Source: a virus
IMG/VR virus record: IMGVR_UViG_3300017716_002595
Location: 32,001-96,000 of that record
DNA length: 64,000 nucleotides
Direction: 5' to 3' (one strand)
The position numbers and the translations under genes were made by a program. Numbering within the stretch: the first letter of the stretch is position 1; each line of letters starts with the position of its first letter. This document shows positions 1-9,232 of this stretch, piece after piece. The notes under the pieces are model-generated. The model saw only the letters and a program-made list of their open reading frames with translations, did not search any database and had not been told where the DNA came from.

Positions 1-78
1 TGTCCATTAAATAAAAAAATATTTTCCCTAAAGAACCCAGAAATAAACCCATGTCCTGCAAACAAATGGAAAGAATAA
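1..78 (+). CDS. 3' end of a small Cys-rich protein (partial)
   Basis: Frame 1 reads CPLNKKIFSLKNPEINPCPANKWKE*, a CP...CPxxKW ending common in small phage Cys-rich proteins. Confidence 0.5.
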   Translation, partial: CPLNKKIFSLKNPEINPCPANKWKE

Positions 79-94
79 ATAACAAGTTATAATT

Positions 95-352
95 ATGATA
101 AAACAAACAGAAAACTCAACACATTTAACCTCAGAAGAATTACAAGAATTCAAAAACATTTATCAAGAATACCAAACAGCGGTATTTAATTTAGGTTTAT
201 TATCCTTAGATTTAGAAAATTTAAGTAAAGAAAAAACCCGCTTATCTGATCTAGTTTACGAAGTAAATGAAAAAAGATTAGAAATAGTAAGAAAATTAGG
301 TGATAAATACGGAGATAAACAAGTTAATTTAGAAACAGGTGCACTTGAATAA
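95..352 (+). CDS. hypothetical coiled-coil protein
   Basis: 85-aa ORF with a heptad-like Leu pattern, ends in NLETG. Confidence 0.6.
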   Translation: MIKQTENSTHLTSEELQEFKNIYQEYQTAVFNLGLLSLDLENLSKEKTRLSDLVYEVNEKRLEIVRKLGDKYGDKQVNLETGALE

Positions 353-381
353 AATAAATGTTGTTTTGTAAGGTTTTTAGA

Positions 382-389
382 ATATTTAT
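382..389 (+). promoter_or_regulatory. putative late promoter motif ATATTTAT
   Basis: Same octamer at 2575, 3176, 4219, 6564, 14602, 27063, 28355, 33229, 48219 and 53359, each just upstream of a gene start (mostly structural, lysis and secreted genes). Confidence 0.6.
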
Positions 390-432
390 TATTAGAACAA
401 ACTCTATTAGAAATTAAAAACAATAACATAAA

Positions 433-2571
433 ATGGCAGAAGCAATTATTTCTCCTGGTGTTTACACCAATGAAAATGACCAGAGTGCAGTAACTCAAGG
501 CCCAATCGTAGCTGGAGCAGCTATTGTAGGTCCTACAGTTAATGGTATTCCTTATGTTCCAACTCTAGTTACTACGTATAGTGACTATGTTGCAAAATTT
601 GGAACTACTTTTGAAAGCGGTGCTAACGGTAATTATGAATATTTTACCTCGTTAGCAGCTAAAAATTATTTTGACAATGGTGGAAACACATTGTTAGTAA
701 CAAGAATCACACATGCTGGAACAGGTTCATCAGCATTAGAATCATTTGCATCTGCAAGTATTCCTTTAGTAGGATTTGATGCAACTTCTTCTATGAGTGT
801 AGCAGGACTTAACGCAGATGACCCAGGTAATGGAACTGTATTTTTTATATTAACAGGATCAGCTAATTTAAATACTGCTGTATCTTATGGTAAATTTATA
901 ATGACAAGTAGTGCTAGTCAAATTGATGCTGCTCCAACATATTATATTTTAACAGGATCAACAGCTACAATTACTACTAATAATATTGTAAATAAAATTA
1001 ATTCATTACAGTCTACATTTAATATAGTAGCGAGCTCATCAGTAACAAATTTAGCTGTAACTGCTAGTGTGCCTTATAATGAAACATTAGGAAATTCATT
1101 CCATATAGTATCATCAAGTGTTGACAGAACCTTTGCTGGTGGTCTTACTGGTGCTCAATGTTTTGAATTAGAAACATTAGCATGGGGTGCCCAAATGAAC
1201 AACTCAGGAAGCATATTATCTTCAGGAGCTTTAGTAAATGGTAGTGCTACTAATGTTCGTTGGCAAGTTCAAAACGTAAATACTACACAAGGTACATTTA
1301 CATTAATTATAAGAAGTGGTAATGATACAGACGCTCAACCAAATATTCTTGAAACTTGGACTAACTTATCAATGGATGTTAATCAACCTAACTACATTGC
1401 TAGAGTAATTGGTAATACTAAACCAGTATATGTTTATTCAGCAGCAGATGGTCAAGGATATATTGATGTTCAAGGTGATTTTCCTAATGCTTCAAGATAT
1501 GTTAGAGTTGCAAACGTGCCTCAAGCACAATTTAACACATTTGATAATAATGGGTTATATCAATCTTCAGTATTTAGTGGAAGTTTACCAGAAAATGGAG
1601 ACGGAGGTTTAGCAGGTGCCTTTAATGGTGGTATAGCTGATACTAACTTAGGTAAGTTTATGTTTGAAAATATAACAACAGCAGCTACAAATGCTCAAGG
1701 ATTTACAGCAGCAGATTATGCAACAGCTTTAAATTTATTAAACAACACAGACGAATATCAGTTTAACTTACTAATGACCCCAGGTTTATTCCTAAGTGCA
1801 GGTTCAGCACCAGCAATAGGTTCAAACGGAGCTGATCCAATCGCATTGTGTGAAGGAAGAGCAGATGCTTTAGCAGTAGTTGACCCAGTACCTTATGGTG
1901 GTTCAATAACAAGTGCTAAAACAGCAGCAAATGCTTCAAACTCAAGCTATGCAGCAACATACTGGCCATGGTGTCAAGTATTTAGTTCAGCAATGGGTAG
2001 ATTAGTATGGGTTCCTTCTTCAGTATTAATGGGAGGTGTATTTGCCTTCAATGATGAAGTAGCAGCGCCTTGGTTTGCACCAGCAGGTATTACTAGAGGT
2101 GGTATTCCAAATGTAACAAGAGTTGAAAGAAGATTATCATTAAACGACAGAAACAACTTATATTTAGATAATGTAAACCCATTAGCTACATTCCCTGGAA
2201 ATGGTGTTGTAGTATTTGGTCAGAAAACATTACAACAAAAAGCAACAGCTTTAGATAGAGTAAATGTTAGAAGATTGTTAATTGCATTAAAAGGATATAT
2301 TGGTGGTGTAGCTCGTGGATTAGTATTTGAACAAAATACTGCTACTACTAGAAACGCATTCTTAAACCAAATCAACCCATACTTAGACAGTGTGGTTCAA
2401 AGACAAGGTTTATACGCTTATAAAGTAGTAATGGATGAATCAAACAATACACCAAGTGTAGTAGATAGAAATCAATTAATTGGTCAGATTTACATTCAAC
2501 CAACTAAAACTGCTGAATTTGTGATCTTAGATTTCACAATTTTACCAACAGGTGTTGAATTCCCATCCTAA
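433..2571 (+). CDS. contractile tail sheath protein (T4 gp18-like)
   Basis: N-terminal SPGVYTNEND; C-terminal YWPW, PWFAPAG, VFGQKTLQ, DRVNVRRLL and IYIQPTKTAEF sheath motifs. Confidence 0.95.
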   Translation: MAEAIISPGVYTNENDQSAVTQGPIVAGAAIVGPTVNGIPYVPTLVTTYSDYVAKFGTTFESGANGNYEYFTSLAAKNYFDNGGNTLLVTRITHAGTGSSALESFASASIPLVGFDATSSMSVAGLNADDPGNGTVFFILTGSANLNTAVSYGKFIMTSSASQIDAAPTYYILTGSTATITTNNIVNKINSLQSTFNIVASSSVTNLAVTASVPYNETLGNSFHIVSSSVDRTFAGGLTGAQCFELETLAWGAQMNNSGSILSSGALVNGSATNVRWQVQNVNTTQGTFTLIIRSGNDTDAQPNILETWTNLSMDVNQPNYIARVIGNTKPVYVYSAADGQGYIDVQGDFPNASRYVRVANVPQAQFNTFDNNGLYQSSVFSGSLPENGDGGLAGAFNGGIADTNLGKFMFENITTAATNAQGFTAADYATALNLLNNTDEYQFNLLMTPGLFLSAGSAPAIGSNGADPIALCEGRADALAVVDPVPYGGSITSAKTAANASNSSYAATYWPWCQVFSSAMGRLVWVPSSVLMGGVFAFNDEVAAPWFAPAGITRGGIPNVTRVERRLSLNDRNNLYLDNVNPLATFPGNGVVVFGQKTLQQKATALDRVNVRRLLIALKGYIGGVARGLVFEQNTATTRNAFLNQINPYLDSVVQRQGLYAYKVVMDESNNTPSVVDRNQLIGQIYIQPTKTAEFVILDFTILPTGVEFPS

Positions 2572-2611
2572 GCAATATTTATAATTAACAAACAATAAAT
2601 ACAGAGAGAAC

Positions 2612-3103
2612 ATGCCTATATTAAACGCAAACGAAATGATGTTTACACAGTATGAACCTAAAGTTCCAAACAGGTTTATAATGTATGTAAACGGTATTCC
2701 ATCATATATAATCAAAGGAGTAAGTGCCGTAAATTTTGATGATGGTGAAATTATTCTAGATCACATCAACACTTATAGAAAAATCCGTAGTGGGAAAAGA
2801 TTATGGGGAGACATGACATTTACATTATTTGACCCAATCGCTCCATCAGGTGCTCAGGTAGTAATGGAATGGGCTCGTTTAGCATATGAATCTATTACAG
2901 GTAGAGCAGGTTACTCGGATTTTTATAAAAAAGACATTACATTTAATGTTTTAGGTCCAGTTGGTGACGTAGTATCAGAGTGGGTAATCAAAGGAGCTTT
3001 CATTAAAACAGGAAACTTTGATGATTACGATTGGTCAACATATACCGAAGCCGTAAACCTTACTCTAACAATTGGAATGGATTATTGTATCTTAAATTAC
3101 TAA
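2612..3103 (+). CDS. tail tube protein (gp19-like)
   Basis: Follows the sheath gene; EPKxxNRF, W-x-D-x-T-x-T-L-x-DPI, YKKDI and W-x-I-K-G-A-F motifs. Confidence 0.9.
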   Translation: MPILNANEMMFTQYEPKVPNRFIMYVNGIPSYIIKGVSAVNFDDGEIILDHINTYRKIRSGKRLWGDMTFTLFDPIAPSGAQVVMEWARLAYESITGRAGYSDFYKKDITFNVLGPVGDVVSEWVIKGAFIKTGNFDDYDWSTYTEAVNLTLTIGMDYCILNY

Positions 3104-3128
3104 TACAAGTATTATATTAAATACAAAG

Positions 3129-3155
3129 AACCCGATAGAAATATCGGGTTTTTTT
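3129..3155 (+). terminator. rho-independent terminator
   Basis: AACCCGAT-AGAAAT-ATCGGGTT hairpin followed by a T run. Confidence 0.85.
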
Positions 3156-3207
3156 ATAGGAAACATTCTTTTGTTATATTTATATATATAAAAATAAATT
3201 TAAGTTT

Positions 3208-3969
3208 ATGGCAGAATTAAAATTTCCAACAGAAATTATTACATTACCTTCTAAAGGTCTTGTTTATCCTGAAACATCACTATTAGCTAAAGGTGAAATT
3301 GAAATGCGTTATATGAGCGCTAAAGATGAAGATATATTAACTAATATTAACTTCATTAAACAAGGAACAGCAATTGATAAATTACTAAAATCTCTAGTAG
3401 TATCACCTATTGATTTAGATGATTTAATTACAGGAGATAAAAATGCTATTTTATTCGCTGCTCGTATTTTAGGATATGGACATGATTACACATTTTCATT
3501 TAAAAATCAAGTAACAGGTAAAGACGATGAATATACTGTTGATTTAACTCAATTAGATGAAAAACCATTAGATGAAGCGTTATTTGTTCAAGGTAAAAAT
3601 GAATTTGATTTTACCTTTCCTAAATCAGGAAATAAAATAACTTTTAAGTTATTAACAGGTAAAGATGAAAAATCTATAGAAGCTGAAATTAAAGGATTAC
3701 AAAAAATAGATGCTAATGCTTCATATGAAAACACAACACGTTTAAAACATATGATAACATCTATTAATGGAAAAACAGACAAAGTATCAATCCATGATTT
3801 TGTAGACAATTACTTTTTAGCACCCGATTCAAGAGCATTCAAAAAATATTACTACGAGATATCTCCAGATATAGACACTACAATCACTATTGATAAGGAT
3901 GGATACGTACAGGAGGGCGTAGTTATCCCTATCGGGATTAACTTTTTTTGGCCTGACTTCCAAGTATAG
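3208..3969 (+). CDS. tail assembly chaperone / baseplate hub assembly protein (gp26-like)
   Basis: LPSKG..Y, MSAKDEDIL, L..GDKNAIL..ARILGYG and terminal FFWP; lies between the tube and tape-measure genes. Confidence 0.8.
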   Translation: MAELKFPTEIITLPSKGLVYPETSLLAKGEIEMRYMSAKDEDILTNINFIKQGTAIDKLLKSLVVSPIDLDDLITGDKNAILFAARILGYGHDYTFSFKNQVTGKDDEYTVDLTQLDEKPLDEALFVQGKNEFDFTFPKSGNKITFKLLTGKDEKSIEAEIKGLQKIDANASYENTTRLKHMITSINGKTDKVSIHDFVDNYFLAPDSRAFKKYYYEISPDIDTTITIDKDGYVQEGVVIPIGINFFWPDFQV

Positions 3970-4210
3970 AGAATACTTATTTACAAAAATCCATGAAATA
4001 TGCTTTTATGGACAAGGTGGTTATGATTGGGAGACAATATATAATTTACCAATAATGTATCGTGAATTTATTTATCATAAAATTCGTGAACATTATGATA
4101 AACAAAAAACGAATTCCGAAAAACAGCAAAAAATGATGCAATCTAAAACAGCAACAACTGTTAAACCACTAATCAACCCAACATATACAGCAAAAGCCCC
4201 ACGAAAGTAG
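3944..4210 (+). CDS. frameshifted extension of the tail chaperone (gpGT/gp51-like segment)
   Basis: +1 frame open 3923-4210 (FFGLTSKYREYLFTKIHEICFYGQGGYDWETIYNLPIMYREF...); no ATG until 4055; overlaps the upstream ORF at a T7 run (3943-3949). Confidence 0.65.
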   Translation, partial: FFGLTSKYREYLFTKIHEICFYGQGGYDWETIYNLPIMYREFIYHKIREHYDKQKTNSEKQQKMMQSKTATTVKPLINPTYTAKAPRK

Positions 4211-4217
4211 GGCTTTT
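4192..4217 (+). terminator. rho-independent terminator
   Basis: AAAAGCCC-CACGAAAGTA-GGGCTTTT hairpin. Confidence 0.7.
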
Positions 4218-4243
4218 CATATTTATTCATATAATATACTTTT

Positions 4244-6559
4244 ATGGCAGATAATATTAACAAACAAGATCTTCAAGATAGTACTAATGAATTAAATAAA
4301 TTTAATGATTCTTTAAAAGAATCTATAGATTTATCTAGATCATTATCTAAAAATGTTAAATCTGTTACTGATGCTCTTAAACTTTCTAAAGGAGCTAATA
4401 GTGAACTCTATAGTGATCTTAATAAATATAATGATGCTTTAGCAAAAGCATATAACCTTTCTAAAAGATTATATGGAGGAAGATTAAAAGAACAAGAAGT
4501 ATCTGAGGCCTTAAAAAACATTGAACGAACTTATGGAGAGTATATGGCTCGAAATAATAAATCATTTGGTGAAAGAGGTAGATTTACTGTAAGACAAAAA
4601 AGTCTTCAAGAAGAACTTAATAACTTAGCCGATAAAGAGGTTAAACGTCAAGAAGATATAGCAAATGCTGATGCTCGTATTGATAGTTTAAGACGTAATT
4701 TAGCAGATGAAGAAGCAGTTCGTAATGCTACTATGTCTCGAACCCAAAGAGATATAGCAGATAGAGCTATTGCTGATATTAAACTAAGAATTAAAGAAGA
4801 ATCTGAACTTGTTAATATTCTTGAAAAAGGAATTCAAAACAATGAACGAATAATAGCCCGAAAAACTCAAGAATTAGAAAAAGTTAATGAGATAATAGGA
4901 GCTCATAAAGAACTTCAAAAACAATATGAAGAAGAAATAAAGAATAATAAAATTCTTTTAGAAGCAGTTCAAAAACAAAATGCACCTGTAAATAAAATAG
5001 CTGAATCTTTTAAAAAGGTTCAAGGAATATTAGGAGCCTTTATGCCTATATTTAATTTCCTAAAATCAGTGGCATTTGATGTTTCTAATCAAGTAACACA
5101 ACTCCAAAAAGGATTAATGTTATCTTCAGATGAAGCATATAATGTAAGAAGTGAATTTAATGATTTAGCAGTAGCATCTGGAAATGTTCTTATTACTACT
5201 AATGCTTTAGTAGCATCAAATGCTGCTTTAGGTAAACAATTAGGGTTTAATGCTCGTTTTAGTAATGATGCTGTTGTTGAATTTACAAAATTAACTAAAC
5301 AGATAGGATTGAGTGAGGAAGCAGCTGGTGGTTTAGCTAAATTTGCTAAAGCTAATGGTATGACTCTAGAAGAAACTAAAACCACAGCTTTAGGAGTATC
5401 ACAAGCTTTATCTTCTCAATACGGAATACAATTAGATCAAAGAGAAGTACTTGAGGAAATAGGAAAAATATCAGGTCAAACATTAGCAATGTTTAAAGCT
5501 AATCCTGCTGCCTTAGCTCAAGCGGTTGCTCAAGCAAAACTTTTAGGAACTACTTTAGATATAGCTAAAAAACAGGCATCCGCTTTACTTGATTTTGAAT
5601 CATCTATTGAAAATGAATTACAAGCTGAATTATTAACAGGTCAACAATTTAATTTAGAAAGAGCTAGAGCCGCTTCATTAACAGGAGATTTAACCACAAC
5701 AATGAAAGAACTTAACAATCAAGGTGTTGATTTTAATAGGTTCTCTAACATGAATGTTATTGCTCAAGAAAAAGTAGCAGCAGCTTTAGGATTATCTACA
5801 GATGAATTATCTGACCAGTTATTAAAACAACAATATATGAACATGTCTAGAGAACAAGTAGTTGCTCTAGCAGGTGAAGAAGTAGCTAATCGTTTAGAAG
5901 CAGTTAGTGCTCAAGATAAATTTAATGCTGCTGTAGAAAAAATGAAGGATTTATTTGCAAACATAGCAGGTGGTCCTTTAGGACAGTTAGCAGAAATGAT
6001 GGCTGGATTATTAGATAGTTCTGCTGCTTTATATGGAATTATGACTGCCATAGCAGGTATATCATTTGTAAAATTAATAGCAAGTTTAGCCACAACTGCT
6101 GCAACTTTAGCATCATCTGCTGTAGCTGGAGGTGCATTAGCAGCATTCATTAATCCTGCAAGTTTAATTATAGGTATAGCAGCCTTAGCTACTTTAGGAG
6201 CACTAATAGGGGCCTCAATGACCAGCGCAAGTGAAGCAGCTCAACCAATAGGTGATATGTCTTATGCAAACGGTAAAACATTAATATCAACTGCAGAAGG
6301 AGGATTATTTGAACCAAGTCCAAATGATGAGATAGCAGTGGCTCCTGGTATAAGTGATATGATTAACAGATCACAAACATCATCTACTGTAGTACAACAA
6401 GATAACTCTGCTGTAGTAAATGCTATTAATACATTAATTACTGAAGCTAAAAATACAAATAGTGGTTTAGCTCAATTAAATGCTAAAAAATCTGAAATTA
6501 AAGTAGATAGTCAAAATTTCGGAACAACTCAACTTATAGGTACTTATACCTTGGCCTAA
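4244..6559 (+). CDS. tape measure protein
   Basis: Long helical, Ala/Leu-rich protein; LLDFESSIENELQAELLTG..NLERAR motif; hydrophobic stretch near the C-terminus; follows the chaperone. Confidence 0.85.
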   Translation: MADNINKQDLQDSTNELNKFNDSLKESIDLSRSLSKNVKSVTDALKLSKGANSELYSDLNKYNDALAKAYNLSKRLYGGRLKEQEVSEALKNIERTYGEYMARNNKSFGERGRFTVRQKSLQEELNNLADKEVKRQEDIANADARIDSLRRNLADEEAVRNATMSRTQRDIADRAIADIKLRIKEESELVNILEKGIQNNERIIARKTQELEKVNEIIGAHKELQKQYEEEIKNNKILLEAVQKQNAPVNKIAESFKKVQGILGAFMPIFNFLKSVAFDVSNQVTQLQKGLMLSSDEAYNVRSEFNDLAVASGNVLITTNALVASNAALGKQLGFNARFSNDAVVEFTKLTKQIGLSEEAAGGLAKFAKANGMTLEETKTTALGVSQALSSQYGIQLDQREVLEEIGKISGQTLAMFKANPAALAQAVAQAKLLGTTLDIAKKQASALLDFESSIENELQAELLTGQQFNLERARAASLTGDLTTTMKELNNQGVDFNRFSNMNVIAQEKVAAALGLSTDELSDQLLKQQYMNMSREQVVALAGEEVANRLEAVSAQDKFNAAVEKMKDLFANIAGGPLGQLAEMMAGLLDSSAALYGIMTAIAGISFVKLIASLATTAATLASSAVAGGALAAFINPASLIIGIAALATLGALIGASMTSASEAAQPIGDMSYANGKTLISTAEGGLFEPSPNDEIAVAPGISDMINRSQTSSTVVQQDNSAVVNAINTLITEAKNTNSGLAQLNAKKSEIKVDSQNFGTTQLIGTYTLA

Positions 6560-6596
6560 TTAAATATTTATAATAAACAATTAAAACAACATAATT

Positions 6597-6872
6597 ATGG
6601 GATTATTAAACTTATTACAAAACGGAACAAGTAACCTAGGATGGGACGGTGGACCAGTACCACCAGTTGCTCAACCTAACGTTATACCAAATCCTCCAGG
6701 AACACGCCATGATGAATATTCAATTAATGGAAATCCTGCAATTAGAGCAATTGGGGCTGGATTTGTACCTTATATTCCACCACCATCAATCTTAGAAGAA
6801 GGAGACCCAGCTAATACAGCTGAATTTAAAAACGCACCTGGGCAAAAATACTTAGACAACCCACCAGGATAA
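6597..6872 (+). CDS. Pro-rich small tail-module protein
   Basis: 91-aa ORF after a late motif; YSING.P and KYLDNPP. Confidence 0.55.
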   Translation: MGLLNLLQNGTSNLGWDGGPVPPVAQPNVIPNPPGTRHDEYSINGNPAIRAIGAGFVPYIPPPSILEEGDPANTAEFKNAPGQKYLDNPPG

Positions 6873-6887
6873 TAAAAAAATTTATTA

Positions 6888-8900
6888 ATGGCTATATTCC
6901 AACAAGCAACATTAACTAATTTAAGAAGTTTACAATACGGAAATGATACAATAGGAGGAGGTAATAGCGGTGAACCATATATCACTACTGCTATTCCTCC
7001 TGCTCTCCAACAACAAGTCGATTCAACCAACATATGGAATTCAGATAGTGGTTTAATACGTGGTGGATTTGTTGGTGCAACAAGAGCTTCTGTTACTGAT
7101 TTTGTTCGTATTGGGAAGTTTTTTAAAGATCCACCTAGAGGTCCAATGTTTATTATTAAACAAGTTGGACTACAGTTATCTAACCCACAGTTGGAAGCAC
7201 CTAGAGGTGCTGGGGCTGTTTTAAACAATGTATTACAAGGAAACTTTAGTACACTTTTTGGAGGTGGTGATAATTTTAATGCTAATATAGGTGCTACCCG
7301 TATTTACAATGGGGGTATTAATACATTACTTCAAGTACCTGTTAATGCTTTTGGAGGTCATATCGTTAGACATGGTTTATTACCCATCGAATCAGATAGT
7401 GCTAAATATGAAGCTGTTGCTAGAAACAATGATCCTCTAAATGAAGATGATGGAGGTAAAAATAATAGATTAGTTAGATTAAAAGCTAAATTAGAATCTG
7501 ATGAAAATGCTAACATAGCTCGTTATATTAGTGGTCCTGGTTCTGTTGATGGTATAGGAATTACTACTATTCCATATGTTTACAAAACATTAAAGAATAA
7601 TACTAGACCTTATATACCATTAGATACTTCATTATCTATAGATCAAGAAGGGAATAATGCTAATAATACAGATTATTCTAGTTTAGGACAGTTATATATA
7701 CGTCCTTCTTTAAATTTAAACTATTATAATGCTCAAGGAGTATCACTCCAATACTTTGATAATATTGGTTCAAGAATAGCATCAGAAAATAATATTCTTA
7801 TACCTACCAAAGGTAGAAATAACAATTTAACTCCAAATAGCCAAATTGATCAAAATGTTATTAAGTATTCTGCTGATGGTAAAACATATAATGCTTTAAA
7901 AAAAGCTATTGATGATCAACAAGAAAAAAATCAAATTGGTAACGTAACTTTACCTACAGAAGTAAAACTCCCTTTTCCCGTAGGAAATTCAATACAAGAT
8001 TTTACATTTACAACTCCTCTTATATTTAAACCAACTGGAAGATCAAGAAATGGGTTATTAGATTTAGCAAGCAGTAGTATAGAAACTAGACTAGGTTTAG
8101 CCCAAGCTGAAGGATATGGTGCTAAAGATAGTGTAAATTTAACACCTGTATTTTTATCTGATATTGCTCCTAATACTGCAATATTAATAAACGGAAAAAA
8201 ATATGGTACTAGAGATATAATTAAATTTAGAATTGAAGCTGTAAATAATGATAACCCAACAGGTCCAAGTGCTTGGATGGTATTTAGAGCATATCTTAAA
8301 GATATAACAGACACACCAAACCCAACATGGAATACAGTTAATTATGTAGGTAGAGGAGAACCTTTTTACATTTATAAAGGATTTGAACGTAGTCTATCAT
8401 TTACTCTTCAAGTAGCAGCAATGTCTGAAGAAGAGTTAAGACCAATGTGGCAAAAATTAAATTATCTATATTCAAATACAATGCCTGATTATAGTAATAA
8501 TGTAATGAGAGCTCCATATATGAGATTAACATTAGGAGACTACATGTTTAGACAACCAGGTATAATTAAAAATTTAACATATACTATAGGTAATGATTCA
8601 CCTTGGGAAATAGCATTAGATGAACCTGAAGTAGGAAGTTCATTATACGAATTACCACATGTAATGACTATACAAATGACTTATGCTCCTATACATGATT
8701 TCTTACCACGTAAATTCCCTTCAGTATTTGGAGACCCACTTAAAAATTGGAGTAACTTACCAGCATTTGTAGCTGATAGACAAACAAATCAATATGGAAC
8801 AGAAGATAATCCGTGGTTGACATCTATGTACAATACTTCTACGATAGGTAATATTAAAAATTTAGGTATACTTCCTGTTGGAAAACTACCAACCAATTAA
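6888..8900 (+). CDS. baseplate / tail tube initiator-like structural protein
   Basis: C-terminal FRAYL..ITD...W....YVGRGE.FY.YKGFERSLSF...LTLGD tube-fold domain; sits in the tail module. Confidence 0.7.
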   Translation: MAIFQQATLTNLRSLQYGNDTIGGGNSGEPYITTAIPPALQQQVDSTNIWNSDSGLIRGGFVGATRASVTDFVRIGKFFKDPPRGPMFIIKQVGLQLSNPQLEAPRGAGAVLNNVLQGNFSTLFGGGDNFNANIGATRIYNGGINTLLQVPVNAFGGHIVRHGLLPIESDSAKYEAVARNNDPLNEDDGGKNNRLVRLKAKLESDENANIARYISGPGSVDGIGITTIPYVYKTLKNNTRPYIPLDTSLSIDQEGNNANNTDYSSLGQLYIRPSLNLNYYNAQGVSLQYFDNIGSRIASENNILIPTKGRNNNLTPNSQIDQNVIKYSADGKTYNALKKAIDDQQEKNQIGNVTLPTEVKLPFPVGNSIQDFTFTTPLIFKPTGRSRNGLLDLASSSIETRLGLAQAEGYGAKDSVNLTPVFLSDIAPNTAILINGKKYGTRDIIKFRIEAVNNDNPTGPSAWMVFRAYLKDITDTPNPTWNTVNYVGRGEPFYIYKGFERSLSFTLQVAAMSEEELRPMWQKLNYLYSNTMPDYSNNVMRAPYMRLTLGDYMFRQPGIIKNLTYTIGNDSPWEIALDEPEVGSSLYELPHVMTIQMTYAPIHDFLPRKFPSVFGDPLKNWSNLPAFVADRQTNQYGTEDNPWLTSMYNTSTIGNIKNLGILPVGKLPTN

Positions 8901-8914
8901 TATATTCATAAATT

Positions 8915-9226
8915 ATGATATACGATAATTCAGACATATTAACTACAAATATTAATTCACCATTTGGTGCTGGGAAACAGTATTACAAAGCAAAAAAATT
9001 TCCACCTATACCACCCTCAGAAAGTGATATATATGTTATTACTACAGTAGGAGATAGATTAGATTTACTTGCTTTTTCATATTATAATGATGCTTCGTTA
9101 TGGTGGGTTATATCGGGAGTAAATAATGGAGTTACATTTGGTTCTATGTTTCCTGAACCTGGTACACAACTTAGAATTCCTATTGATATAAATGAAGTAT
9201 TAAGTAGTTTTAATAACACAAATTAA
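8915..9226 (+). CDS. LysM-type baseplate wedge protein (gp53/tail X-like)
   Basis: GDRLDLLAFSYYNDASLWWVI...N...G..LRIP. Confidence 0.85.
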   Translation: MIYDNSDILTTNINSPFGAGKQYYKAKKFPPIPPSESDIYVITTVGDRLDLLAFSYYNDASLWWVISGVNNGVTFGSMFPEPGTQLRIPIDINEVLSSFNNTN

Positions 9227-9232
9227 TAAGTT

